The notes beneath the pieces were generated by a model that saw only the letters and a list, made by a program, of their open reading frames with translations, ran no database searches and had not been told where the DNA came from. DNA of 64,000 bases, from assembly GCF_004010195.1 (NCBI RefSeq), contig NC_057751.1:11086831-11150830 (forward strand), given 5' to 3'. This document shows positions 50,648-64,000 of the stretch, in pieces; positions within the stretch are counted from its first letter, which is position 1, and every line of letters begins with the position of its first letter. This DNA is from Chiloscyllium plagiosum (taxonomy: Eukaryota). A program made the translations under genes and the position numbers.

Positions 50648-53139
50648 GAATAATCAGCTCACCACGCCACAAGCTTAAAGCTGTAAACTGTTAAACCATC
50701 TCTCCCTCTCACACAAACGGAATGACACCTTGTAAACTTGCAGACGTTGCAGACGACTGACCTTTCCTTCAAAAAAAAACATTTGTGTCAAACACTGACG
50801 AGCAATGCGAATGGTTTCAACTGGCTTCTGATTATTTGCTGTTGATTGCTGGATTTGCTATTGACGATCCAAAATGTGCATTAACCTGAGAGTGCCAGTC
50901 AAGACCATGAGCTGGGGGGAGGGCCAAAGCCTGATGCAGGGTGACCTGAACAAGTGGGCAAGGTCGCTATCACATTATCTGATGGTTCCAAACCAGATTG
51001 ATTCACCCTCTCATAAACATTTTCTGAAGCACACACACACACTCTGCTCTGTTTCCAGAGGACAATGGCAAGACTCTGTAAAGATGTAGAAATTGTGCTT
51101 ATTTGTACCTGGACAGAGAGGTACCCGGAGTGTCCAGTATCGCCTCTCAGCATATTGAATAAAGACCCCACTTGACTCCCGCAATTGGACTCCGAGCTTT
51201 GAAACTTTACAACAGAGGGTTTCTCGGACCCTTCACTATCGTTCTCTGAGGGACCAGGCAGTTTTGAAAAGACAGTCTGAGAGATGCATTCAGACAAGCT
51301 TCTGTCAGACAGCAGCTTTAACCGAGTGCATCTTCCAGGTGAAGACAGAAAGAAAAACATTTGTACTCAAACAACATTTTTTTTTTGGAAAACCAGAAAG
51401 GAAGGAACAAATAGACTAAACTATTTCATTTCTGCCCCAAAGAAAACTTGTCAGTCACACTGAAGAAATCACCTGCTGTTTTTCAATGACACTATCATTT
51501 AAGGGCATTTATTACAATATGTTTCACTTTAACAAAGTCCAGTTTCAAGCAAAGGATTCGTGAACACAGGAGATGTGAGGCTCAGGATTTAAAGGAGCTC
51601 TCAACCTGTCAGACCCTCTCACAATGTGACTCTCACCTTATCGCACTGACTACACTTCACATGGCGATCATCTACCTACCGGACCATCAAGGCAGAAGGT
51701 CAAGTGAAACAATACCATTTCTACCCTGGGCATCACTGTCCACTTGCCCGCCTTGTTGCGAACATGTTGTTAACAATATATGCTACCCCACACATGGGAT
51801 TCCGACTTACCCTTTACAATGCTGTCTGGAAGTTGGAGCCAAGCACACAGTGTGTCAGATGATCAGTTCCCAAGGCCTGGAGATGTCTACTGCAGCTGGA
51901 AGGCTGGCTTACTGGAACACAGAATGATCCAGATCAACACAATTACATCTTTCAAAGGAAAGATAAACATTTCTCACCTGAAGCACAGAAGGATAAGGGT
52001 TAATGATGAGACAGCACAACAATGGGACCCAGACTTGAATAAGTCGAACACACAGTGAAGACAACAAAGTCACCCCTTGAACTTTGGCAGCATGTCCAAC
52101 TTCAGCAGGGAAGGAATCAAACCAGGACTCTGAGTTGACCTGTTGGGCTCCAGAGACCCTGAGGATGCATATCTGCAGCTTGTTTGTGTGGTAGACACAA
52201 ATCAACCAATTGACCAAATTCAGCAATCTCTTCTCCCCAGGAAGAGAGAGTTGGTCTCGTTGAAATTTTCTTTGGTGATAAATGGAGTGTTTGACAATGG
52301 TGAATTAAAAAGATATCCGAACGCCAAGTGTTCTTCCTGGGTACTGTGTCTGCAATTCCCTGAGAGGAATGATCTTTAACCCAACCTCATTTACTCATCC
52401 AGAAACAGCACAATGTTGTGTCATTGCAACCATCTGGGTCAATGTAGCACTTCTACCTTGGGTGGGGAGAGGACAAATCAATTTGAAAAGTGCCTTCTAT
52501 TGTGTGAGTCTGTACCCTGTGTGTTCCTCTTGCAAGTGAAATGACATTTACCTTTCAATCCCAATCAGTGCAAAAGGAATAAGGATTACTGAGCTATCAG
52601 CTCTTCCATGAGAGCTGCAGCTAAAGCAGCTTTCCATATGATGGCTTGCAAGTCAGGATCAATGCAGCATCTTCGCGGGGGGGGGGGGGCGGTGAAAGCT
52701 GGTACTGCTGAAGGGCCCAGAGATTTAACCATTCACCATCTGTACGGAAGATTCGGAGAGACAAAACTCATGTTTCATTCCGAAACTTGCTTGTGATACC
52801 AGTGAAGTTGTCAAGAGTAAGTTAAGAACTGACAAAGGGATTTGGAAAGGTTCATTGAGTAGCAAACAATTGGCCAAGTTGAGTATCATGTGAACTTCTC
52901 CCCTCTGGCAGGAAGAATAGACTGGCAGCAAGTGATTTAGTGGAGAGAGAGAGAGAGAAAAACAGAGAGAGATAGAGACAGAGAGAAGCACTGCAGAACC
53001 CACACATATACAGAGGGTATATACAGAGGATCCTGGGGATCCCACAAGAAGTTAGTATGCAGACACAGCAAGCAATCAGGAAGGGAGATGAAATGTTGAT
53101 GTTCACTGCAAGACAAATTGAAGATGAAGCTGGGAAAAA

Positions 53140-53640
53140 GTCGCTGTAGCTGTAACCAGGCCTTGGAGAGACCACACCTTGAATACTCTCTCTAGCTTTG
53201 GTCTCATTCCTTGAGAAAAGATGTAACTGCACGAGAGCAAATTGACACAAGGTTCACATGACTCATCCCTGAGAGGAATAGTTTGCTTCTGAGCGAAGGT
53301 TAGACAGTTTGGGCCTGCATTCTGTTGAGAGTGGAGAAGTTGTGAGCTTATGGAAACATGGTTTGATGCTGACAGTGTGACGACAGTGAGGATGTTTCCT
53401 CCTGTGGGACACACTCAAACTTCGGGACACAGTTTCATTTCCAATGCGCAGATGAAGGGAATTTCTTTTTCTCTCAGATGGACGGCAGCGAGGGAAAATG
53501 GGTCTTTGCGCTTCTTCAAGGTTAAGTTAGATTTCTGAGAGAAAATTGAGTCAAAGTTTATGAGGTAGATTCAAGACCACAATCAGATGAGCCAAGATCT
53601 TATCCAAAAGCACAACAGGCTCAAGGGGCTGAATATTATG
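53140..53640 (+). mobile_element. Decayed CR1 3' fragment (similar fragments at 37470-37710 and 54650-55050)
   Basis: RPHLEY-like and RMFPPVG...TSGHS...MKGISFS remnants. Confidence 0.6.
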
Positions 53641-56256
53641 TGAAAAAAACACCTTGAATGTGACAAATATTCTGAAGCACTCCACAGAAACATAACAGAA
53701 TGAGACACTGAAGACCTGTTCTAAACAGCAACGGGCAGAAACTGGAGAAGGCAGCGGAACCGGAGAACATTCCAGCAGTCAGGAGGTGACAGAAGTATTT
53801 GAAATCAGGATGAAATTGTTCAGGTTGATGCATTGCGAGACGGGGAAGGAACACAGGTTGATGAGCAGGAGAACGATGGGTAAATGAGATTTGGTGAGAA
53901 TCAGGTGGCAGACAGAGCACACAGGAATACAACTGGTGCATTATGTGATGTTGATATCATTATAAAGGAATGCAGCATGATCATATCATTTACAGACAAG
54001 AAATTGCCAGTGATGTAGTGTATTGTTCCATGATGTATAATTAGGCTGTGTATATATCATTTACAGTCAGACACAAATCAGAGGGCAATATTTCATCAAG
54101 GTGTATGCCAGCATTTTTATCTCCACTTACCTTCCATTTACAAACTGTGGCCTCAGAAATCTTTGTCCTGTGTCCAGAACAGCCATGCTAATACCATGCT
54201 GGGCTCACTGGCTGGCTTCAGTGGGGCTACAGGTCACTGTCCAGCACTGAGGACACAAGCTCCGAGTGGATCACCTGTCCAGCACCATGCTGAGACACAA
54301 CACAGCCGCATCACCCTGTCACAGGCTGGACAGCAATGGGAAGACTCCATTTGGCCCATCGGGCCTCTGCCAGCTCTTCCAAAGAGCACATTGTCCCGTC
54401 CCCAATCAGCCCTCCACCACCCCCAGTCAGGGGTGATAGGACGCCACCATGTCCCCTGATCAAATCCAAAGGCATTCATCCAACTGCGCAGAGCTTCTGC
54501 TGGCTTTGGAGGCTTTGACCTGTGCCCCACCACATAGCGCTGGTGCAGAAACAGGAGAAAGAGTGTGTGTGTGTGTGTGCATGTGTGTGTATGGTACGTG
54601 TGAGACAACTGGGTTCACTTGAAGAAACCCAAGGGTCAGTCCACAGAAGGTTCCCTCAGCAGGTACCAGGGAATGAGCGTGAGCAGGTTGGGCCTGAACT
54701 CACTGGAATTTTGAAGAATGAGAGGTGACCTTATGAATCTGAAGAGATTGGATTCTTCAGGGATTTGACAGGGTCAATGTGGAGTAGATATGTTCCCCTC
54801 ATGTGGGAGAGTCGAGGACTGGGGTCACACATGATAGACAGAGATGGGCAGGAATTCCATCTCTCAGCAAGTAGCCAAGCTGTGCAATTCTCGCTCATGG
54901 GGCTACTGAGGGAACTCCAGGCTAAAAGAGACAGATCTTTTATCAGTAAGGGAATTGCCACAGGAAAGGGAGTCCAAGATGATCGCCATCAACCACAATC
55001 TCACTGAATGATGGGCTGAATGGCCTGCTCCCACTGTTCTGCCTTACGGTGTGTGACTGACAGCAGCCCCTGAGGGAAAAAGCTGGCTCTCTGAGCAGGC
55101 TATGGGAAGCCCAGATACCACCTCAGAACAAACTGGGGAGTATTTCTGAGGTGGCAATGTCTGGAGGTGCGGTTTAGATTAGATTAGACTGGGTTCCCTA
55201 CACTATGGATACAGACCCTTTGGCCCAACAAGTCCAACTGACCCTCTAAAGAGTAACCGACTCAGACCCATTCCCCTACCCTACGTATACCCTACTAATG
55301 CAACTAACACTATGGGCAAGTTATCACAGCCAATCCGCGCTAACCCGCACATCTTTGGACCACAAGGAGAAAACCAGAGCTTCTGCCAACTCACTTCACT
55401 GTGTGTCTGAACTCCCCTGTTTCTCTCCTGAATCAGGACTCTCTGGTGCTCTCTCACCAGCCAGATCCCACCAGGCTATTCAACCAAGGAAGACAGCAGA
55501 GTCCTGCCTCCATTGTGGTCTCTTCCCACATCCCCCATCACAGGGGGTTCACTGAGATTGGCAGGACTGACCTGCCCAGTGTCTGGGGCCCTAATCCTAG
55601 CTCCGTTAAATGAGGCGCAGTGCCCGGCCTCCCCCAGGAAGGAGAGGGTGGAAAATGAGAGTGGGCATTGCTCAATGAGGAAGGAAGGTTAATGAAGGTT
55701 TGTCCATCCCGAGTTTGTTTGGAAGGTGATTCCTGATGACTATCTGAAGGAGGAGGAAAGTCGACAATGTGTATACCGCCACCCCTCTCTATCTCGGTCA
55801 GCACCTCTTACATCCCTTGAGATGTCGGTGCTGATCCAATCTTGGCTGAATATGGCTCCCACCGTCCCCCGACAACCCCACTCCCCTTCGCTCCCCTCCT
55901 TTGACCACCTCTGGGATTCCCCCCCCCCACAACGTTTGGTCAGGCGAGGTCTTGGGGTCACTTCGCCATGACCACTTCACTCCACTGTCACCCAACAGGA
56001 CGGTTCCTGCTGGGGAAGGTAGAATACAGCTCCTCCAGGCGATGCCCCACTTAGTCAAATATCAGGCTCGCCCTCCCCCTATTGGCACCCCTCCCCCTTT
56101 CTCCAAGCTGCCTGGTCAGACCCTCGGTGCCCTCCAACACCCTGAGTGAAGTGCCCAGACTGTTGGCATGTGACAGTGTGCCCACTGCCCAATGAATAGC
56201 CCACATGGAGAACCTTTTCACAGTCAGGAAACATGTTGACTTCATTTGTCTTGAAA

Positions 56257-56530
56257 GGAGGTTTAGGGTGAGAGGGGAAAGGTATAAAAGGGACCTAAGG
56301 GGCAACCTTTTCACACAGAGGGTGGTACGTGTATGGAATGAGCTGCCAGAGGATGTGGTGGAGGCTGGTACAATTGCAACATTTAAAAGGCATTTGGATG
56401 GGTATATGGGTTTGGAGGGATATGGGCCGGGTGCTGGCATGTGGGACTAGATGGGGTTGGGATATCTGGTCGGTATGGACGGGTTGGACCGAAGGGTCTG
56501 TTTCCGTGCTGTACATCTCTATGACTCTAC
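56257..56530 (+). mobile_element. Young CR1 3' end
   Basis: RFRVRGERYKRDLRGNLFTQRVVRVWNELPEDVVEAGT and a CTATGACTCTA tail. Confidence 0.92.
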
Positions 56531-56974
56531 AGAAGCGAAGCCAGTTTCAGTGCTGAGAGCAGCTGGTGGAGTTGACTCGGAGACTGCTCAGGTCAGTGGC
56601 TGCTGCAGTCAATGCAATGTTTACTGTTTTCCAGGCACTCTCGCGGCAGACAAATAATTCTGCTGTCAGGGCTGCATTTCCATGTTTAATTAGCTGGAAG
56701 GTAACCTGCCATGAACTACCAGGCAACAGCACCAGCAACCAGTCAACACGATAAAACGCCTTCATCAATAACCAGGCAGGTTCACACCGTTCATTCACTT
56801 CCTCCAGCTCTCTCCCACCTGTACCCCACCCCCAAACCCTTCACTGTGAGATGGCAGCTCCAGACAAATCAAACAACATTACCCAAGCTGTTCCTGTTGC
56901 CAAGTTGAAATGACTGTCATTCAGTCAAAGTGCTCAACAAGTGACACGGTTCAGAGACAGCTCCCTGAGCAGCC

Positions 56975-57840
56975 ACAGAGTCATAGAGATGTACAGCACG
57001 GACATGAACCCTTCGGTCCAACCCGTCCATGCCGACCAGATATCCCAACCCAATCTAGTCCCACCTGCAAGCACCCGGCCCATATCCCTCCAAACCCTTC
57101 CTATTCATATACCATCCAGATGCCTTTTAAATGTTGCAATTGTACCAGCCACCACCACATCCTCTGGCAGCTCATTCCACACATGTACCACCCTCTGCGT
57201 GAAAAGGTTGCCCCTTAGGTCTCTTTTATATCTTTCCCCTCTCACCCTAAACCTATGCCCTCTAGTTCTGGACTCCCCCACCCCAGGGAAGAGACTTTGT
57301 CTATTTCCCCTATCCATGCCCCTCATGATTTTATAAACCTCTTTAAGGTCACCCCTCGGGCCTTCAACGCTCCAGGGAAAACAGCACTGGCCTATTCAGC
57401 CTCTCCCTCTCACTCACATCTGGCAATATTCTAGAATATAGAACATAGAACAATACAGTGCAGAACAGGCCCTTCAGCCCTCGATGTTGCGCCTATCTGT
57501 GAGCTAATCTAAGCCCATCCCCCTACACTATCCCATCCCCATCCATGTGCTTATCCAAGGATTGTTTAAATGCTCCTAATGTGGCTGAGCTGACTATGTT
57601 GGCTGGCAGCGCATTCCATGCCCTTACCACTCTCTGAGTAAAGAACCTGCCTCTGACATCTGTCTTAAATCTATCACCCCTCAATTTGTAGCTATGCCCC
57701 TTGTACAAGCATCCTAGGGAAAAGACTCTCACTGTCCACCCAATCTATTCTTGTAAATCTTTTCTGAACCCTTTCAAGTTTCACAACATCCTTCTGATAG
57801 CAGGAAGACCGGAATTGCACGCAATATTCCAACAGTGGTT
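56975..57840 (-). mobile_element. Young CR1 3' part with a second CR1 subfamily nested at about 57431-57748
   Basis: TRGHRFRVRGERYKRDLRGNLFTQRVV; the nested copy has GHSYKLRGDRFKTDVRGRFFTQRVV and a (CTATGTT)n tail. Confidence 0.88.
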
Positions 57841-58064
57841 GAATAGGAGTTTGAATTCTGTGCTAGCCAGTGCATGTAGTCCAGGAAACCTGGCTGTTGT
57901 ATTCAGAGCAATGCAACCTCTGGCCATTCCCACTCCTCTGCTCTGGGTCCTGCTCACTAAGCTCAGCTTTGCTAGCTGGTGCTCATACCATCCTTCCCCA
58001 GCACCCATCACCATCTTCTCTCTGCCAAGCCTCACGGCAGGAGCCTTGGGTTTCTACATTCTCT

Positions 58065-58251
58065 GCTGAAAATGTGTTGCTGGAAAAGCGCAGCAGGTCA
58101 GGCAGCATCCAGGGAACAGGAGAATCGACATTTCGGGCATAAGCCCTTCTTCAGTTCTCCTGTTCCCTGGATGCTGCCTGACCTGCTGCGCTTTTCCAGC
58201 AACACATTTTCAGCTCTGATCTCCAGCATCTGCAGACCTCACTTTCTCCCC
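58065..58251. mobile_element. Inverted Penelope terminal-repeat pair (family A) with perfect 60-bp arms
   Basis: 14-bp TSD TTTCTACATTCTCT at 58051-58064 and 58252-58265; arms 58065-58124 and 58155-58214 are exact reverse complements; the 30-nt spacer is the hammerhead core. Confidence 0.9.
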
Positions 58252-61200
58252 TTTCTACATTCTCTCTTTGACTCTCTCTGGGCACCGTCTTTGAGGGTAC
58301 AAGCCAGCACATGTTCCAAACTTGAAGCCTCTGCCACAGGCACCCATCTCATAGCATGAGGCCATTCAGCCTCTTCAGCCAATGCCAGCATTCAGCTGCA
58401 TCCTGGCCAACTTTACTTCGAACATTCCTAGCACCAATTGCCCTGCCTTCTTACAAATGGGACTAGGTTGGGTTGGGATCTCTGGTCGAAATAGACATGT
58501 TGGATCAAAGGGTCTGTGTCCATGCTGGAAATCTCTGTGACTCTGTGTCTGCTCAGAGAGCTTTGTCTGAAGAGCAAAGGGAACTGTTTGCTGCCTCCTG
58601 TGAATTCATGTATTATCACACTGGCCTCCCCACCTTTTCCTGTGGGACCTCAATGAACACATTTCTGATACCATGGAACGGACCATGAGAACAGGCCATT
58701 CAGCCCACTGTTCGGTGTTTTTGCTTCTTGTGAGGAGGGTCTTCCCACTTGTCTTTATCTCACATCTTACCAGATAGAAAGATGAGGAAGCCTGGGAATG
58801 CAGTGTCTCATGTCCCTCCCTGTCACACATCATCCCAACTTGCAACCTCCTCAATGTCACTGGGCCAAAGTCCTGGGGCTCACTGCCCGAGTGTGTCCCT
58901 GGCACGGATGGCAGCAGTTCATGATCAAGTTTAGGCCACAAGTTAATGAGTAACGGCCAATAATTAATGGTCACGTCGAATAAACAAAAACCAAAATGGA
59001 TTAACCTCACCTTTGTGTGTCATTTCGCTTCCCCTAAAACACAGCAACTCTGCTAAGCACACTCGAAACACACTCTCCAATTCCTTCTGAATTACTGACT
59101 GGATTTGATACATCACTGGGCCAGCTTCTGCCTCCTGAGTTTGGTGGCCTTTTCGTTGGAGACACCAACTTACCACCTCAGGGCAACAGTCATGTTGAAC
59201 TCTTCCTGACCGCTCGATTCATCAATCGACCTTGCAACTTCCCCGTGTCTCTGTGGCCATTTCCCCACGGCTTCCTCTATCCTTTGTGGATTAATGCCGC
59301 CACAATACTCTGGTGAATTACAGGAATTAGTTTGAGGAGCTAGCCTACTTCCAAAGATTCATTTCATACAAAAATGAATCCGGCGGATTAAAGAGTGAAA
59401 ACCCAGGTTGGAAAACCAAGATCTGATAAGAGTTTGCAAAGTCGAACCTGGCCTTTGGTCAACTAACTCCGCCTGAGAAAGAAGGTCAAAGTAGTGAAAC
59501 AGAATTTTGGGCCTGGACATGGACTGTGCCAACACAAGAGACTGACTCTCTGTTTGGCCCAAGAGCCCCAGTGTTCCATCCCCATTCTTACACTTACTGC
59601 ATTTTCATTGACAAAGTTAATTTTCAAGCAATGGGTGTAAACATTTCATTGCAATGCCACACTTGTACTTGACTCTCTCTCACAGTTTGCACAGAGCATC
59701 CCATAGCTCTCATGGGGCATGGGGTCCATACAGTCAGCGACGTTCTCATGACAAACACCTTAGCCACTGCGTGAGACACTGTTCCCTCTGGCCCCCAGCC
59801 GTTTGGATAGATCATACCCCCTTCTTTCAATGTTCCACAAGAAGGACTTGGACACGGGACAGCTTTGGTTTGAAGGGGGCAGGGAAGCCAGACCATCAGA
59901 GTGCAAGTCAACTTCTGAGCAGTCTCTGAGAGGTCAGGCCAAGTGAGAAATGCACCCACACAGTCCCTGACAACACATTCGGTGTTCCACAGGAGACAGC
60001 CTGGGGAAGAAAGAACACAGGCTATCTGACAGGTGACTTTTAGCAAGGCCGGATTTGGAATTGGCAGCCGGGAGATTTGGGAAAGAATTGGGAAGGGAAC
60101 TCGAGATATGAAGTGCAGTACGGGCCATAGTCCTAACTCTGGGCCTTGGAAAGGCCAGGAGACTCTCACAGTTGAGTAAATGCTGGGCTGGTAAAAATTG
60201 CACAGGTAGGAGAGACGCTCCCACCAGCACTACCACTGGGAAACAAGTTTGATTCATTGTCTCTTCCAGCTCAGGGGTCAGATACATGTCCTCATGCGGA
60301 AAGGCTCCGGTATCAACTGCGGAGGGCTCAGATAGCACATGGGCCACATCCTGGCGGTGACAATGGCCAGCCCAAACACTCCTTCATTCAGCCTCACCTT
60401 TCCATCAAAACAAGGAAGGGCCAGCATACAGAACCTGAGCAGTTGGCCGCTCCGTTGTCAAATCAGTGACCTGGCCAAGTCCAAAACTGGCCATCAGGCA
60501 TGTCAAACAAATAGGAAATATGTACATTCAGGGAAGTTCAAACACCATTTGGCCTCACTAGTCCATGTTGGCTCTTGCTTCCACTTCACATTCATAAAAC
60601 CTCCATGACACCCCAGACTCTGTTCTGTCCATCCACTCTGGCCAACACCAGGGTGAATGGCACCATTCAGCAGAGCTCTCCAGATGTTGGGTTTGAATGG
60701 GGCCCTGACTGAGCCCTCCTCATGGACTGGCTATTTGACCACCTGGGCTCTCACCCTGGAGGAGCAGCATACCTATTCGAGCATCAGAGGGCCAGCAGCT
60801 AGGGTTGGAGACCAGCTGGGTACCCCAAGGCATAGCCACCCAGAGAGGCAGCTGCAAACTAACAGTAGCGGCCAGGCAGGGCAGGAGTGCAGGCAGAGGA
60901 ACCCGTGCTAGCAGCAGGTATGGGCTTGGCTCCCTCTTTGGGATGTGGACCTTAAAGCCCTGACGGAAGTTCCATGGAGCTGGGAGGCTCTGCAATCCTG
61001 GAAAATCAGTCTCAAAGCAGCTGCCAGTACCCTTTGGCAAGCACCTGGACAATCCAGGAAAACTTCCTCACAACTTCCCAACACCTGGAATGGTTCACTG
61101 AGTTGCCCCTATGTGGCCGCCCCCATCTCTGGGTCCACTCGAGAGACTCAAGAAATTCTGCCTCATTTCCTACTTCATCACCAACACCGAGAGAATTCCT

Positions 61201-62429
61201 TTGGCTGCTGGCTCTCTCCCCTCCTCCTTTCCATTTGAAATCCACCCCCCTTTCTGCTCCATCTTTTAACCATGCAATCTTCATCTGTCAAACTCTCTGG
61301 TTTTGTTGAACCTTAAGGTAAGAAGGGCCAGGGGCTGATGGCACAAAAAACATCAACCAGTATCCTGACCAAACGCAGTCCTTATCAATCTGAATGGGGA
61401 AAGAGACTCAAGGGGCATCCTGTCATCTGGGCAGCACTGGCTGGGCCAACGGTTATGCCCATCCCTAGTGCTCCTGGAATAGGTGGGGATGAGCTGCCTT
61501 CTCGAACCGCTGCAGTCCACCTGCTGTGGGTTTACCCACAATGCCCTTAGGGAGGGAATTCCAGGATTTTGACCCAGTGACAGTGAAGAAATGCCGATAT
61601 ATTTCCAAGTCAGGATGGTGAGTGACTTGAAGGGGAACTTGAACGTGGTGGTGTTCCTATGTATCTGCTGCCCTTGTCCTTCTAGGTGGTGGACGGGCTT
61701 TGGAGAGTCAAGAGGTGAGTTACTCACCGCAGTATTCCTAGTCTCCGACCTACTCTTGTAGCTGCTGTGTTTATTTGATGGGTCAAGTTGAGTTTCTGGT
61801 AACCCCCAGGATGTTGACAGGGATGGCAGGAGGGGGTGATGATGGGATTCAGTGATGCTCCTGAACATCAAGGAGGCAATGGTTAGTTGGTTTCTTGTTG
61901 GAGATGGTCATTGCCTGGCACTTGTGTCGCCTACACATCACTTGCCAGTGATCAGTCGAAACCTGGAAATTGTCCAGGTTGTGCTGTATTTAAACACTAG
62001 GTAACTTGACCCTTAAATTAATCAGGCAATACCAAAAAGCTGGATTCAGGGAGCTCCCGTGGCCTGTCCACACAGTCAGAGGCCAATATCCCATCAATGC
62101 TGGGACTTCTCCCAAAGGGATAGGGGACAAAGGTTAAAGGGCAGGGGTCGGGCCAAGGTCTCAAGCTCTTGGGAAGGACCCAGGCCTGGCGACAGCTGCA
62201 CATGTTGGCCCAGAGTGAGAGACCCAGGGCAGGGGCAGAAAGGCCTTGCACCATCATTAATTTGCAAAACAACAAGAAAACCCGGTCATATGCAGAACTC
62301 ACAGAGAGGGACATCAGAAAGGAACAAAAGGAAAGGGCCACAACCTCAAGTGAAATGTCATGAGGAATTTAATCACAAAAATGGTAAATATCAGAATAAC
62401 TACAGGTCAACTTTGAAACCAGCATAAAC

Positions 62430-64000
62430 ATTTATAAAGGGGAAAAAAAATCATTTATTTAAAAAAAACAATAAATTAGGTAAAGCAGGTTTACTCATGC
62501 ACAACTCGAAGTGTGATCCCTCAGTGATTTTTCACTCAGAGCAGGGAAAGACCACCCAGAGTGCGAGCTGCAAGGCTGTCTCTGGCACACACTGGTTTAC
62601 TTTGAGAGCACAGGATACAAACAGGACATAGTGGCTAGAGCAACTCTCACCCACAGGAAAGGCAACAGTCTGATGAGACCTGCAATCAATGTTACCAGCT
62701 CAAAGACACTGAATCTCCAGGGTAGGGGGATTTTCGTCCGTTCTGTGGAATGAGGACAACTGTGTGCCCAGAGGCTGAGGGGTCAGAGTGGAAAACCAAA
62801 CACGCAACAAGTGGTGGCAGAGCAGACCGGGAGAAACAGACTCCACAGCTAAGGGGAACGACAGGTCACAGACTTACAATAACTGTTACAAAAAATAAAA
62901 AATACCCAAAAGGCAAAAGCAAAAACAAAAAAATTCTCATACTCAAGTCGATACGGCTGTGCCCAAGAGGCTGGGTTTTAATTGTCACTCACAAAAAGGA
63001 GCTGCTGTTGGTCTGTTGAGGAGACATGGGAGTAAGGGTAATAAAACTTTCTTCCCAAGAGCGAGTGCAGAGACAATATGGCCTCGTGTGCTGTCATGTC
63101 TTGACACATGCTTCGTGTGGGAACATTTACCAAGACACTGCAGCTTCACAGACAGGTCTGTAACCTGTCCACAACCAGCATTTCCTGAGGGGGTGTCAGA
63201 GGGGCAGCAGTAGGAGAAAGTGAGGGTGGGAGAGTAGTCCTCTCTCCTGCCACTGACCAGTGTGACTACAGTAACCTGACATGGCTTGCTGATGTGCCCA
63301 CTAGCTGGGAGAGAGCAGCACACAGTGCTTGTATTGACCAAAGTCTGTGCTGTTGCTGCTCATGCGACACATCCTGGTTTGCCCACACTGCTTGCTTTCG
63401 CACTGTGGGCTTGGTTTCTACTGCTCACAGGAAGCAATGCTGTTGGAGCCAACCAGCATGAGTGGGCTGTGGGGGGAGGCAATCTTCATTGTAATGGCGC
63501 CGTGCCCAACCACTGACATCAGCAACTTCATACCGACTACCCTGTACAATGGGAGGGGTTACTATTGGGTGAGTAGGGTTTCACTGAACATCAAACTCCT
63601 GATGGGGGGGGGGGCGACAGGCTGTTCCAGTCAGATAGGCCTTCACCCAATTTCCTCAGATTTCTCAATGTGGCAGATTACTGGAACCCCCTCTTGGTGT
63701 TGGCAGTGTGGCATTAGCTCTGTCACTGGCACATCCTGACCCCAGTGGAGGGGTGGGGGGATTGAAATCCGAGTGATTCGGCTGCACAGACAGGATGACC
63801 CAACACCCCTGTCTTGGCAATGGGGTATCTTTCAGAAAGGTGCAACAGAAACCTGTTGTTGTTGTTGTTGTTGTTTCAGAGTGCCAACTTTCTCAGCTGG
63901 TGTCACAACTCCCATGTGGGATATCCCACAAGGGAGAGAAAAACCAAACATTGAAAACACACCAATGTCCACAATGATATCCCGTCCGACCAGTGAATTC
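62430..64000 (-). other. Probable 3' UTR end of a convergent minus-strand gene (FGFR1 expected by synteny)
   Basis: Minus-strand AATAAA at 62454-62459 followed by a U-rich downstream element; U-rich tracts at about 62885-62940; no interspersed repeats recognised. No coding exon is in the window, so the identity is inference only. Confidence 0.35.

Noticed and set aside
58065..58214. miRNA precursor or MITE
   Set aside because: The arms are copies of the Penelope terminal repeat seen elsewhere in the window, and the 14-bp TSD fits retrotransposition.
59624..61871. Cluster of 100-180 aa ORFs on both strands
   Set aside because: No recognisable protein motifs (no FGFR kinase sequence); partly overlaps old repeats.

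Overview
Eukaryotic, repeat-rich vertebrate genomic DNA. The repeat complement (V-SINE/HE1-like SINEs, CR1, Rex1/Babar, Penelope-like elements) points to a cartilaginous fish such as a shark; this is an inference. One complete protein-coding gene can be rebuilt by hand: LETM2 on the + strand, with 9 coding exons from 20682 to 32015, all GT-AG and phase-compatible, giving 461 aa. It has a probable first exon in a CpG island at about 9.0-9.7 kb. That island also has a minus-strand splice donor, suggesting a divergent transcript (NSD3 occupies this position in mammals). The right end looks like the 3' UTR of a convergent minus-strand gene, possibly FGFR1 by synteny, but no coding sequence is visible. 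There is a 968-nt assembly gap at 34698-35665. The most distinctive signal is a set of minimal hammerhead ribozyme motifs in the termini of at least five Penelope-like repeat families. Their stems covary around a fixed catalytic core, and several short TSD-flanked insertions start or invert exactly at the ribozyme. LETM2 also shows an in-frame upstream ATG, an overlapping 87-aa uORF and a tandem terminal acceptor. No prokaryotic features (CRISPR, operons) and no true rRNA or tRNA genes were found.
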